Shown here: positions 26,447 through 38,500 of the stretch, in pieces
How positions within the stretch are numbered: the stretch's first letter is position 1
Layout of the letters: every line of letters starts with the position of its first letter
Source: a virus
Virus record (IMG/VR): IMGVR_UViG_3300027804_000047
Location: 32,001 to 96,000 of that record
Length of the DNA stretch: 64,000 nt
Reading direction: 5' to 3' (one strand)
Made by a program: the position numbers and the translations under genes
Notes under the pieces: model-generated
What the model was told of the DNA's origin: nothing
The model's input: the letters and a program-made list of their open reading frames with translations, nothing else
Databases searched by the model: none

Positions 26447-27114
26447 GAGTTGTTATTGATTCTAAGTTATTTAAAAAAGAAATGAACAATATAATTGATT
26501 ATTCTTTTGGATTTATTGAAGGAGTTCAAAGAGGAAAGAAAGCGTTGTATGTAGCACTTGGTCCACAAATATCAGAATATGCTTCTCAATTTATAGATGC
26601 CAATGCAAGAACTTCTCCAGAATTACTTCATCATATATATGAGTGGGATCAAACAGGAAGTCCAAAAGCAAGACTATTTGATATAGATTACACCATTAGC
26701 AATATAGGACTTACCTTTAAGTCATCTTTTAAACAATCTACTTCAATTAAAAATGGATCAACTGTTCCATTTTACAATAAAGCACAAATTATGGAAAGTG
26801 GTGTTGCTGTAACTATTAAACCAAAAAAAGCAAATGTGCTTTCTTTTGAAATAGGCGGAGAGCAAGTATTTACACCTAATCCAGTAAGGGTAGAAAATCC
26901 TGGAGGACAAACTCAAGGTCAATTTGAAAATACTATTAATAATTTTTTTGGCGTATATTTTAGACAATCATTTTTAAGAGCAAGTGGTTTACAGGAAAAA
27001 TTAAGTTATCCAAAGGTTTATAAGAAAAATTTAAATGCAGCAAAACGTAGTGGAAGATCTCTAGGAATAAAGACAGGCTTTCAGTGGGTTGCAAATGCGG
27101 GGGTAATTAGATGA
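26443..27114 (+). CDS. Neck / tail completion protein (putative)
   Basis: Basic protein in canonical neck position; coupled on both sides. Confidence 0.5.
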   Translation: MRVVIDSKLFKKEMNNIIDYSFGFIEGVQRGKKALYVALGPQISEYASQFIDANARTSPELLHHIYEWDQTGSPKARLFDIDYTISNIGLTFKSSFKQSTSIKNGSTVPFYNKAQIMESGVAVTIKPKKANVLSFEIGGEQVFTPNPVRVENPGGQTQGQFENTINNFFGVYFRQSFLRASGLQEKLSYPKVYKKNLNAAKRSGRSLGIKTGFQWVANAGVIR

Positions 27115-27668
27115 CAGAATCTACATCAGTATTAAATACACCAGTTTTATGGATTAATTATTATCTAAGAACTAAAATAGAAGAGTTAGCAGGCTTGGAA
27201 GATGTACCATTTTTCCCAACAGGTCCTTCAACAATAGAAACCCTTCAGAAACAATTTCCAGAGGGTGGAACCATGGCTGTTTATGACCGCATGTTTAAGA
27301 TGCGCCGTGGCCCATTTCCACATATTAAATGTGAGCAAGTTTTATATTATTTTTATGCTAGTGGTTCAGAACCCACAATACAGATGATTAAAATACAGGA
27401 AGCCGTAATGAGGCTATTAGATCGTGGAGATGAAAGTGCACAGGAGTTAAATTCTTGGGTAAAAGGAAAAACCCTTGATGGTATGAGTTGTGAGTTCTTT
27501 TTCCATGATTTCAAAATATATCAGTTAGAAGAGTCAAGAGATATAGTCGACTTTGGAACAGCCAGAACTTACGCTGGTAATAAGATTATTATTGATTATG
27601 ACTATCATCAGTCTACTACTAGGTATGATAAAGACGGTAATTTAGTACTTGGGATATTAGGAAATTAA
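27111..27668 (+). CDS. Tail terminator protein (putative)
   Basis: Immediately precedes the major tail gene; 185 aa. Confidence 0.5.
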   Translation: MTESTSVLNTPVLWINYYLRTKIEELAGLEDVPFFPTGPSTIETLQKQFPEGGTMAVYDRMFKMRRGPFPHIKCEQVLYYFYASGSEPTIQMIKIQEAVMRLLDRGDESAQELNSWVKGKTLDGMSCEFFFHDFKIYQLEESRDIVDFGTARTYAGNKIIIDYDYHQSTTRYDKDGNLVLGILGN

Positions 27669-27739
27669 TAAAAAGGCTGTATACTTATCAATGAGGAAAC
27701 ACGCCTTTTAATTTCTAGAAAAATAAAGAGGTGAAATAA

Positions 27740-28357
27740 ATGGCATATACACGTGGTGATAGTACACAAATCATCGTAGGTGCAGCAGCACTTTTTACGT
27801 ATGAGGCAGGTCCACTACCAGAAGCAGGTGCTCTTCCAGGGTACTCTGCTGGTACATCTTACAAAACGACTCTTTCTGATGAAGAAGGTTTCCGTAACGT
27901 AGGTTACACAATGAATGGTTTAGAACTTCAGTTCCAACCAGACTTTGGCGAAGTTGCTGTTGATCAGGTTCTTGACGTTGCCAAGTTGTTTAAGCAAGGC
28001 ATGCAAGTTAATCTCAACACAACATTTGCTGAGGCAACATTGGAAAATCTTTTGTTTGCTCTTGCAGGCAAGGATGATAATCTTACAAATGTAAGTGGTA
28101 ATCCAACACTTAATCTTTCAGCAGGCGATATTGGCGAATGTCCAGTAGAGCGTGGTTTGGTTGCAGTAGGTCCAGGAACTGGCGACTGCGCTGACTCAGA
28201 TTCTATTGAAAGAATTTATGTTGCATATCGTGCACTCTCAATCGAGAGCGTAACTGTAGGTGCTAAGCGTGATGAAGCGACAATGTTTGAAGTTTCATTC
28301 CGTTTACTACCAAATGATAACGCATCATACGGTAAAATCGTAGATCGTTCTCTATAA
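27740..28357 (+). CDS. Major tail (tube) protein
   Basis: IIVGAA...VGYTMNGLELQFQPDF.EV.VDQ...TTFAEATLENL...KRDEATMFEVSFRLLP; biased codons; followed by terminator. Confidence 0.85.
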   Translation: MAYTRGDSTQIIVGAAALFTYEAGPLPEAGALPGYSAGTSYKTTLSDEEGFRNVGYTMNGLELQFQPDFGEVAVDQVLDVAKLFKQGMQVNLNTTFAEATLENLLFALAGKDDNLTNVSGNPTLNLSAGDIGECPVERGLVAVGPGTGDCADSDSIERIYVAYRALSIESVTVGAKRDEATMFEVSFRLLPNDNASYGKIVDRSL

Positions 28358-28377
28358 TACAATTAAATAAAAAGATT

Positions 28378-28405
28378 AGCCCAACCCAAAAGGTTGGGCT
28401 TTTCT
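28378..28405 (+). terminator. Intrinsic terminator after major tail gene
   Basis: agcccaacc-caaaa-ggttgggct perfect 9-bp stem followed by tttct. Confidence 0.85.
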
Positions 28406-28423
28406 GTTTGATATAATAGTTAA

Positions 28424-29110
28424 ATGCCTACAGAAATATATAAAAGTGCTGTTGTTGAGTTAATGGATGGAACAGAACTTTATATTACACCATTAAAAAT
28501 AAAATTTTTAAAGTTATTTTTAGATGAATTTGAAAATGTTAAAATATCTAAAAATGATGATGAGGCAATAGATGCACTAGCAAAATGCACGGTAATTGCA
28601 ATGAGACAATATTATCCATTAATAAAAACACAAGAACAATTAGAAGATAATATTGATATGCCAACAATCTATAAGATATTAGATTTTGCTGCTGGGATTA
28701 AGATTAATGAAAAATCAGAAGAGCCAGTACAACAACAGGCTACAGATAGCGGTAAGAGTTGGGATGAATTAGATTTAGCAGAGTTAGAGTCAGAGGTATT
28801 CCTTCTCGGTATCTGGAAAGATTATGAAGAGTTAGAGTCATCTATGTCTATGCCAGAAATAATAGCAACATTAAAAATAAAAAGAGATTTAGATTATTCA
28901 CAAAAAAAGTTTTTGGCAGCAATGCAGGGTGTAGATTTGGATAAGGCAAGTGGAAAGCAAGATGCCTGGCAAGAACTTAAGGCAAGGGTATTTAGTAAGG
29001 GTAAGGCAGCAAATGCAAAAGATGTATTGGCATTACAAGGTGCTAACGCACAAAAGGCTGGATTTGGAATCGGTATGGGCTTAGATTATGAGGACCTTAC
29101 CAAAAAATAA
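28424..29110 (+). CDS. Tail assembly chaperone, long (GT-like) form
   Basis: Between tail tube and tape measure. N-terminal ~95 aa are homologous to 29155..29481; the C-terminal part (LGIWKDYEELESSMSMPE) resembles a T domain. Confidence 0.7.
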   Translation: MPTEIYKSAVVELMDGTELYITPLKIKFLKLFLDEFENVKISKNDDEAIDALAKCTVIAMRQYYPLIKTQEQLEDNIDMPTIYKILDFAAGIKINEKSEEPVQQQATDSGKSWDELDLAELESEVFLLGIWKDYEELESSMSMPEIIATLKIKRDLDYSQKKFLAAMQGVDLDKASGKQDAWQELKARVFSKGKAANAKDVLALQGANAQKAGFGIGMGLDYEDLTKK

Positions 29111-29154
29111 AAGGCCTTTGTGGTATAATTTATTCAATACCTTAAGGAGGAAAA

Positions 29155-29481
29155 ATGGCCGAAAAGCCTACAGATAATAAGCAAACAATCACGTTAGTTG
29201 ACAATACAGAGATTCCAGTAAGACCTCTTAAACTATCTTTATTGAGACCTTTCATGGGGAAGTTTGGAGAACTTGCTGCAGTTGCAGATGATAACGATAA
29301 GTCTATGGATATTCTAATGGACTGTGTTCAAATTGCAATGAAACAATACAAGCCAGAATTGGCAGAAAACCGTGAACAATTAGAAGAACTTTTAGATCTT
29401 CCTACTGTCTATAAGATAGTTGACGCTGCTTCTGGATTCCAGAGTGCAGATGCATCAGTTGTTTCTGGTTTAGTAAAATAA
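29155..29481 (+). CDS. Tail assembly chaperone, short (G-like) form
   Basis: ITLVDNTEIPVRPLKLSLLRPFM...CVQIAMKQY...EQLEELLDLPTVYKIVDAASG; own TGgTATAAT (29121) and strong aaggagg RBS. Confidence 0.75.
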   Translation: MAEKPTDNKQTITLVDNTEIPVRPLKLSLLRPFMGKFGELAAVADDNDKSMDILMDCVQIAMKQYKPELAENREQLEELLDLPTVYKIVDAASGFQSADASVVSGLVK

Positions 29482-29504
29482 ATAAATAAAGAGGTGCATA
29501 GGAA

Positions 29505-32500
29505 TTGGCAGATGTAAATTCTAATATTAATATCAATTTTAATACTGCCGACGCTCTTGCACAATTACGTAGTTTACAGGCTGGCCTCAGTAAGTTTCAT
29601 CAATCGCTTGCTGAGGGCAACCTTGCTGCAGCAAATGCACAAAAAGGATTAAATGCTCAACTAGCACAGGCTATTGGAGCAACAGGAAAGTTTGCTGTAA
29701 GTCAAGCAAAAGTCGCATCAAGTACACTTGCATTTACAACTGCTTTAGAAAAAAACAAATTATCTTTAAAAGAATATTATAGATACAGCATGGCTGCAGC
29801 AACAGCCAATACAAAAGTTTTAGGCAAAGCATTTGCACAAGAACGTGAAATTATTAATCGTGCTCGTAGAGATAGAGTAAAGGCTCTTCAGTCACAATAT
29901 ATTCAAATGTCTAAAGCCCAAGGTGGCTTTATTGATGCAATGCGTATTATGCCAAAAACATTAGTAATGACTAATGGAAGATTTACAGAACTTGGTACAC
30001 GTATTCAGTATGCTGCACAAAGACAACAATTTTTAAATCAATTATTAAAACAAGGCTCAACTCAACTTCTAAATTTTGGTAAGAACACCCAGTGGGCTGG
30101 TCGTCAGTTGATGGTAGGTTTAACAATACCACTATCTATGCTTGGCGGATATGCATCTAAAGCATTTAGAGAATTAGAGCAAGCAACACTAAAGTTTAGG
30201 CGTGTTTATGGAGATGCATTTACCAATGATGCTGAGGTAGAGTCTGCAGTTGCTAATATAAGAAGACTTGCAGAAGAGTTTACAAAATATGGAGTTGCAG
30301 TTAAAGATACTGTTGATATGGCAGCAACTGCTGCTGCAGCAGGTTTTCAAGGTAGAGCATTAGAAGAACAAGTAAAGACTGCTACCAAACTTGCAGTTTT
30401 GGGTCAAGTAGAACAACAGCAGGCTCTAGAAACTACAATATCATTACAAAATGCTTTTGGTCTTTCTACAGATCAACTAGCAGAAAAAATTAACTTCTTA
30501 AACGCAGTAGAAAACCAAACTGTTCTTTCGATTGAAGATTTAACAATTGCAATTCCAAAGGCTGCTCCAGTTGTAAAACAACTTGGCGGTAGTGTTGAGG
30601 ATCTTGCATTTTTCCTTACTGCTATGAAAGAAGGTGGCATCAATGCATCTGAAGGTGCCAACGCACTAAAGTCTGGTCTTGCTTCATTGATTAATCCAAC
30701 AGAAAAAGCAACCAAATTTCTTGCTGAAATGGGGATTAATCTAAAGGGTATTGTTGAAGCAAATAAAGGCGATGTTAAAGCAACAGTAGTTGGTTTTGCA
30801 AGAGCACTAGACACACTAGCACCTCTAGAAAGAGCAAGAGCAATTGAACAACTATTTGGAAAATTCCAGTTTGCTCGTTTGTCAACCTTATTCCAAAATG
30901 TATCTAAAGATGGAACTCAGGCGTCTAGAGCATTAGATTTGGCAGGATCAGCAATAGAAGAGTTAGCCGTATTATCTGAACGAGAAATGAAAAAGGTAGA
31001 GGATTCAGTAGGAACTAAATTCCAGGCTGCTGTTGAGCAGTTTAAGCAAGATATCATGCCTTTAGGTAAGGCATTTCTTGAAGCAGTTACTCCTATTGTT
31101 AAGTTTTTTGGAGGACTTTTTGAAAAGTTCAACAACTTAAGCGATCAAACAAAAAAGGTAGTTGCTATTATCGTAGGTGTTGTTGCTGGTATTGGACCAG
31201 TACTACTTATGACATTTGGTTTATTGGCAAATGGATTAGCAAACTTAATTAAGTTATTTGCCACAATACGTGGTGGCATGGCAAAATTAAATGGCCAAAC
31301 CAACGTTCTTGGTGCTGGTTTTGATTATGTTACACAACAACAACTAGAACAGCAGGCTGCAAGTCAAGCCTTACATAATACTCACACCAGACTAGTAGAA
31401 GTTTTCAATGTTGAAAGAACAGCAGCAATGCAACTAGCATCAGCATATGGAATGCTTTCATCTCAAATGAAAAATATGGCTGCTCAAAATCCAGCATTAT
31501 TTGCTGGTGGAATGCAGGGAGCAGCAGGATCAGTATCTAAACTACCTAAGGGTCCAATGAAATTTGCAGATGGAATTATAAGTGTGCCAGGTCCAAAAGG
31601 TGCTGGAGATGTTGTTCCAGCAATGGTTTCTCCAGGAGAAGCAATTATTCCAACTAAGACTTCCGAAAAGTATCGTGGATTAATTACAGCAATGTTCCAA
31701 GACAAGGTGCCAGGATTTGCTGGTGGAAGATTGCCTTGGGGAACATCTCATCCAGTAAGGCAGTCTGGCGCTGTAGATATCGGTATGCCTAAGAAAATAG
31801 CAGATGTAACACAGTCCAGAATGATAGCAGATCAAATTGATAAAGCAGTAAAGTCTTCTAGATTTGCTGAAACAAAACCAACAAACTTTGGAACACTAAT
31901 GCAACCATTCTCTGGACGAAGTTTCCCAATACGTGGAGTAGGCGGGGTATATAGAAAGCCAGATGGAAGTTTAGTAGTAGTAAAGCCTACAATGGATGAG
32001 AAGACTGCTTTAGCAGAAGTCCGTGCTACAGAGATAGCAAGAGAAGCACATGGTTTGATTGCTCCAAAGCAAACAATTAAGACAATGATAGATCCAACAG
32101 ATCCTTCTGGACAAAGAAAACTAATTGTTTTAGAGTCTCCATATGATCCAAGAATTGCTGCAGGTGCTGGTAAGTTTAATAAAAAGGATATGATTTCTCA
32201 ATTAGTGGCATCACTATTGAGAGCAGACAAAGATTTATCACAGTCAAATGTTTCTGGTAAAGTTTTAGCAGACGTAGGAAATGCTGGGGTTTTTGATAGA
32301 GCATCTGGATTTAGAGATTTTGCAAAAGCATTGCCTTCAATGGAAGAGCAGGCCATGATTAATTTGCTTGGTATTAAGGGTGGTGCTAAAAAATTCTTTG
32401 CACAAGAAACATCTGGTTTAGCAGCAAACATGACCCCTAAACAATACCATGATGCAATTATTAAAGAGATTGATAAAGTACTTCCAAAATTAAAAGAAAC

Positions 32501-35500
32501 TATCGGAAAGTTTGATCTAAACCCTGCAGAAAAACTTGTTTACAATGATATGATTAAAAGATTAGAGGCTGGAAAAGCAGTAGACTGGTCAAAGTTTCAA
32601 GGCATCCACGCTAATGCTGGGCAATCAGTAAAGAAGTTGATAGAGGGACAGGGCGGAACCAATTATCAAGATGTTATTGAAAAGCAGGTAGGAAAATTTG
32701 CATTAGGAACATTTGATGAACTTAAAAATGATCCATCATCTAGGACACAAATAGATACATTAGTAAAAAGATTAGCCAAGGATGCTGTTGATGAAATTGA
32801 AGTTCTTAAAAATACTAATCCTAAACAACATGAATTAGTTACATCATTACTAACTAAAAAAGGCATTACGCCATCAAATATGACGCAGCATCAATTATTA
32901 AAATATATTGAAGATGAAATGGTTTATAAAGATGGACGCTATTACGATAAAAAGTCTATAGAGTCTGGTGCAAATGTTGCTTCTGCTGGGAAAACATACA
33001 GTGAAGTTAGAGATAAGTTATTATATAGATTAGGTGCAGTTGAAAGAGGCGGAGCATTTTCAGACCAAAGAAAGATGAATGTTTCTAAGTTAAGATTTGA
33101 TATGAGTCCAACAGGAAAACAAAGTGGTGGATGGAGACAGTCAATACCAAGAGACTCATTGCTATATAAAGTTTTAGACTCACAAGAAAAAGAATTTAAG
33201 GCAGCAAATGCTGCAACAGGTAAGTCTGATCCGCTAGGTGCTCTAAAGGAGTCAATGAAAGCACTTGGATATACAGACAAACAAATTGCTCAGGCACTAA
33301 GACCAGAACTTTCTCATATTGCAAAAACTGGTGAATCTGGCAGAGGAACAGAAAAATGGCTTAAGGGCCAAGCATTATTTGATTTAAGATTATTAAATAA
33401 CTACATGAATACTGGCAAAAGAACTGGAAGTATTCTTGATTGGAATGAAAAGAGTGGAAACCCTCTTAGACTTACTCCAGATCAAATTAAAGAATTTAGA
33501 AATTCTGCAACATATATGTCTGGACAAAATCATCCAACTACTGAGGCTCAAGTTAAACTAGTACGAGCAGCAACACAACTTGATATTATTGCAGAGGATT
33601 TCTTAAAGACTCAACCAAAGAAGCCAGCAGGTTTTCCAAGTTTAGGAGAAGTAAGACAATCAAGAGCAGTTGCTCAATTAATTGACAGCAGACTTGGCAC
33701 TGAATATTATTCACAATGGAGACCACAATTTAATCTAGGAAGTGGAGCAACAAAGGGAACAAATGTTTTAGTAAATCCAAACAAAGAATATATGGTTGAT
33801 ACTGTAACAGGAAAAATAACTAAACTAACAACTGCAAATACTTCTTCTAAACCATCAGGCGCAGTTGCAGATACTGGAAAAGCAACAGATAGAAGAGTTG
33901 CAACTGAAACAGCAACCAGAAGAGTGGCCACAGCGCCTCAGGCAAGAGCATTTGGAAGACAGTTTGCTATGGTTGGCAGAGATCAGGGAGACCCTAACTT
34001 AAGCAAGGCAGCACGTGGCCGTATAACTAAGGCCATACAAGATGAGCAAAGACTATTAAGATCAAAAAATAGATTTACAGAAAAAGAAATCAGAGACTCC
34101 TTAGAAAGACTAAGAAAGAGAAAAACTGCAGAAGAACTTGCCGCAGCATCTGCTAGAAAGAAAGCAGAGTTAGAAAGACAAGAAATAAAAAATAGACAAA
34201 CTGCACAGTTAACTGAAAAGGAAAGAGCAAAGCAAGATAAAAGAGACATAAAGGCTAGACGTCAAGAAAAGGTTGGTCGTTTTTCTGGTGGAGCCTCAAT
34301 GGCATTGGGTACTGCTGGTATGGCAGCGATGATGGCTGGTAATACTGGTGCTGGTATGGGATTAATGGGTGCTTCTGCTGTTGCTGGTATGGCTCCAATG
34401 TTGGCAGGAATGGGGCCAGTGGGATGGATAAGCACAGCAGCGATTGCTGTTGGAGGAAGTTTATTTGCTCTTAATAAGAGTTTTGAAAATTCTGCAAAGA
34501 AACAGGCGGAATACGTAGATTCTATTTCTTCAACAACAGCAAAGATGGATCAAATAGGACAAATAACAAACAAGGTTGGCGCATCTCGTGCAATGGAAGA
34601 AGTAAGAAAGAAAGGCGTATTTGGTGCATACAATGATGTTGAACGTGCTGGAACTGGTTTTGGAGATACATTCTTAACATCTCAAGTTGGTAAGTCAATG
34701 GTAACTGGTTTTGTAGATCAAATGAAACAGTATGGGTCTAAGACTGCTGCTAAAGATTTTGCCTTGCAGTTATCTTCTTATGTTTCTGACGGAGTTTTAG
34801 ATGCTTCTCAAGCAGCAAGTATTGCAGATCAAATTGGAATTCAATTAGGTAGTAGAAAATATACTGCTGAAATTATGGGAGATTTACGAGAAATAATTGG
34901 TCCAAATGGAGAAGATCTATCAACTGATCCACTACAAGTTAGACTTGAAATAATTAAGGCAGCAGGAGAAAGATCTAATACTCTTCTAAAGAGTCTAGGT
35001 GCTGCCGAATCTAAAGGGTTGACTGGAAAAACAGAATCCGCTCAACTAGCAGCATTCGGTATAAACAATGTTCAGATAGCAAAAGCACAGGTAGATGCTA
35101 CAGAGTGGCAATATAAAAAGCAAATTCAATTACTTCAAAAAGAATTAGAATCTACAACAAATGCAGAAAAGTTATTATCAATAAAAACAAAAATTGCTAA
35201 TTTAGAAAGTAAGATGGCTTCAGATGTTAAGTTAGCAAATAAAGAAATAGTAAAGCAAATTGATAAAGAAACCAAGATATTTGAAACAAGAATTAGACAA
35301 AGCCAAGTTGGAATTTTTTCTGGTGCCAAAGAAGATGCTTATTTTGATGCATTAAAATCTAAAGTAAAAGATGCATTTAAGGGTACAGAGTTTGAAACAA
35401 TGGCATCTGATACTTTATCTAGATTAGCAAAATTAAGCGACCTAACTGTAAACCCATTTGATGGTGGAAAAACAAAGGGTGGTTTTGAAAATGCACAAAA

Positions 35501-38500
35501 GGCTCAAAGTTTTGAAGTACAGATGCAAATGCTTCTAGGTAATAAAATTATAAATCCAGAACAAATGAATACTTTTATGGCTATGTTTGAAGGCAGGTTG
35601 CCAGAATTAGGAACAACATTAAAGGTAGGAATTGAAAAACAAGGTGCAGATGCCACTATAGAAATGTTAGAATATTTTTCAGGCTTTGAAAATCAAGGAA
35701 AAGCCGTAGAGATTTCTACAAAGTTAATAAATGGTGATCCTAAAACCTTTAAAGAAGTTGGCGAAGCGATGGCTCAACTACGTGTGCTTGATGGTCACGA
35801 AGTTAATATGGAAGCATACATTACTACAGTTGGATATGATGGATTAGTTAAACTATCTAAAGATTTAGCAAAAATTGAAGCAATGCCAGACAAGTTAGAT
35901 AAGCAATTAATTCTTGATTACTTTACAACTGGAAATGGCGCTGGAATGAAGGGAATGACACAAGATAACCTAAAGGTGTTATTTGCTCAGTGGGCTGATT
36001 TTGATAAGTTACCAGATAAGGCTCAAAAAGAAGCGATTTCAAAGTTTACAACAATATATCAGACTATCTTTGCAGATGAAGCATCAAGAAAGAAATATGC
36101 AGAAGAACAAGCGGATGCTGCTGCAAGGGAGTCTGGCTTTAGGGGTAGAACTGCTGCAGCATATAAGAAGAAAAGATATGACGAGATTATGGCAGGAACT
36201 CTTTCCGAGGCTCAGGCAAGAGAGGCTGCTCGTGCAACAAAAACGTATATTGGTGAAAATGGAGAATTGATTACTAAGCCAGGAGGGGCAGTTGGAGATA
36301 CCCCAGGTGCTGGTACTAAAGAAGATCCATACGAAGAGTTATTGAGAAGATTAAAGAATGTTCGTAATGCAGCGATTAATGCTGCTGGTGGAATAAAGGA
36401 ATTAAATAAAGCGCTTTCGGATAAAGGATTAAAATCTGTTAAAGATAAATATCAGGGTATTGAGCAACAGTTAAATAAAATGGGATATAGTAGACAATAC
36501 GCTGATTATCTAATGGGCCTATCTCAAAAAGATCAAGATAAATTGTTTAAAGTTACTTCTGAAAAAATTACAAAGGGTAAAAATAAAGGAAGATTTAAAG
36601 ATCCATTTACTGGAAAGGCAATGCCAAAGGGTACAAAAGCAGGGGACCTTGTGCTTTCTGCAGAGGGTAAGTTAAGAGCACAAGCATTTGATGCAGCAAT
36701 TATAGGAGAGTTTAATACTGCTGCAGGTAAAACATTAACAATTTTTAATGAACAAGAAACAGTTAGAAGAAAGTTAGCAGCATTAGGATATGATCAAACT
36801 GCTATTGAAAGAATTCTTTCAGACGAATATACAACCCAACTCATATATAATGGAAAGATTACAGATCAAGATCTAAAAACAAATGCTGCGCTCAACAATC
36901 AAGTTGTACTTAGAGAAAAAATAAACAATTTAATTTCTAGAGGATTAAAGGCTCAACAAGAAGCAGCAAACGTTAAGCAGATTCCTAAGGTATTAGAGTT
37001 TTTCCAAAAGATGTCTAAGGAAGGATTATCATTATCTTCTGGGGCAATGTTAGACATGATTGGAGATCCAGAATCTCTTGAGGCAGCAATTGCTGCTATG
37101 AATGATTATGAATCAAATGCGGAAGGCGCCAGAGATAGACTAAAAGAAATAGTAGACGGTTTAAACGCAATAAAGGCTAACTCAAATATTAAATTAATCA
37201 TGGATTTTGTTTCAAAGAATCCAGCAGAAAAAGCACAGGCTGGATTTGAAGCAGCAAAAAGAGTTATGGAAGTTAGACGCAATATATATTCTAATATGAC
37301 TGTAGGGGAACTTCCAGGTATCAGAACAGCAGACAGAAAAGCAAAAGATGGAACATTAATTTCTGGAAAGAATATTGGAAGTCAGGCTATTGCAAATGTT
37401 GCAGCAAGATACCAGGCTGCTGGGGTTGCAATTCCAACTATTACTCCAGGTGCAACATTAAAGGGTATCCAGACAAAGAGAGCAGACTTGGCTAAAACTA
37501 TGCAAATAGGACAGCAAGCCCTGTCTTCACTGCAGGCATCATATAATGCAAAGCAGGATGCTTTAAATAATGCTCAGGATAATTTAGAAAAAGCCTTAGA
37601 CGCTGCCAATGATAAGTATGATAATTTAATAGATGCTCAAGAAAATATTATTAAGGGATTAGAAGAAAAGATTAAGATAGATTATGAAGATAAAATTACT
37701 GCTCTTAATAAAGAATCTGATAAATTAAACAATGACTTAGCAATAATGGACCATGCTGCAGATAAAATAAATGAAAAGTATGACAAGCAAGTAGAAGCAT
37801 TACAGAAGATTTCAGATATTAATCAACAAATTGCAGAGTCTCAGTCTCAACAATTAGATTTAGCGGATGCATTATCACAAGGTGATATAGCAGCAGCAGC
37901 ACGAGCAGCACAAGAGATGAGGGCCTCTAGTTCCGCAAATGCTTTAGATGCCTCTATGCAGAGTATAGAGAAAGCAAGAAAAACTGAAATCGATGCACTC
38001 CGTGGTTCAGAAACTGGAATGACAAGACAGCAAATTGCTGAAAGACAATTCCAGATATCACAACAAATATATAAACTAGAAACTGATCCTAAGAGACTTG
38101 AGTTAGAAAAACAAATTGAGGCTGCAAAAACTGAAATTACTAGACTAGAAAAAGAACGAGAAGTAGCAATTAAAAATATTAATGCTGAACATGATGCAAT
38201 GATTGCTAAACTTAAGAGTGAATTGGAAAATATTAATCAACAAGTTACAGCGCAGCAAAATATATTAACTTCGTTAGAAAAACAAGATGCTGAGTTAGCA
38301 TCACAAGAAACATACATGCAGTCGATAGTTGATGAAGCAGTCGCTTTAGATGATAGCACTGGAATGACTTTAGAAAAGTGGGAAGAAACTGTAGACAAGT
38401 TAATCGATATCGAGCAGTTGGCAGAAGATTATGCAATTTCTCTTGCAGCAGCAGAGGCTTCAGCAGCAGCAACAGATGCATCGTGGCAAGGCATTTTAGA

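Noticed and set aside
28424-29481. Programmed -1 frameshift between the tail chaperone ORFs
   Set aside because: The long ORF is already continuous, and the short ORF lies downstream with its own promoter and RBS, so no frameshift is needed.
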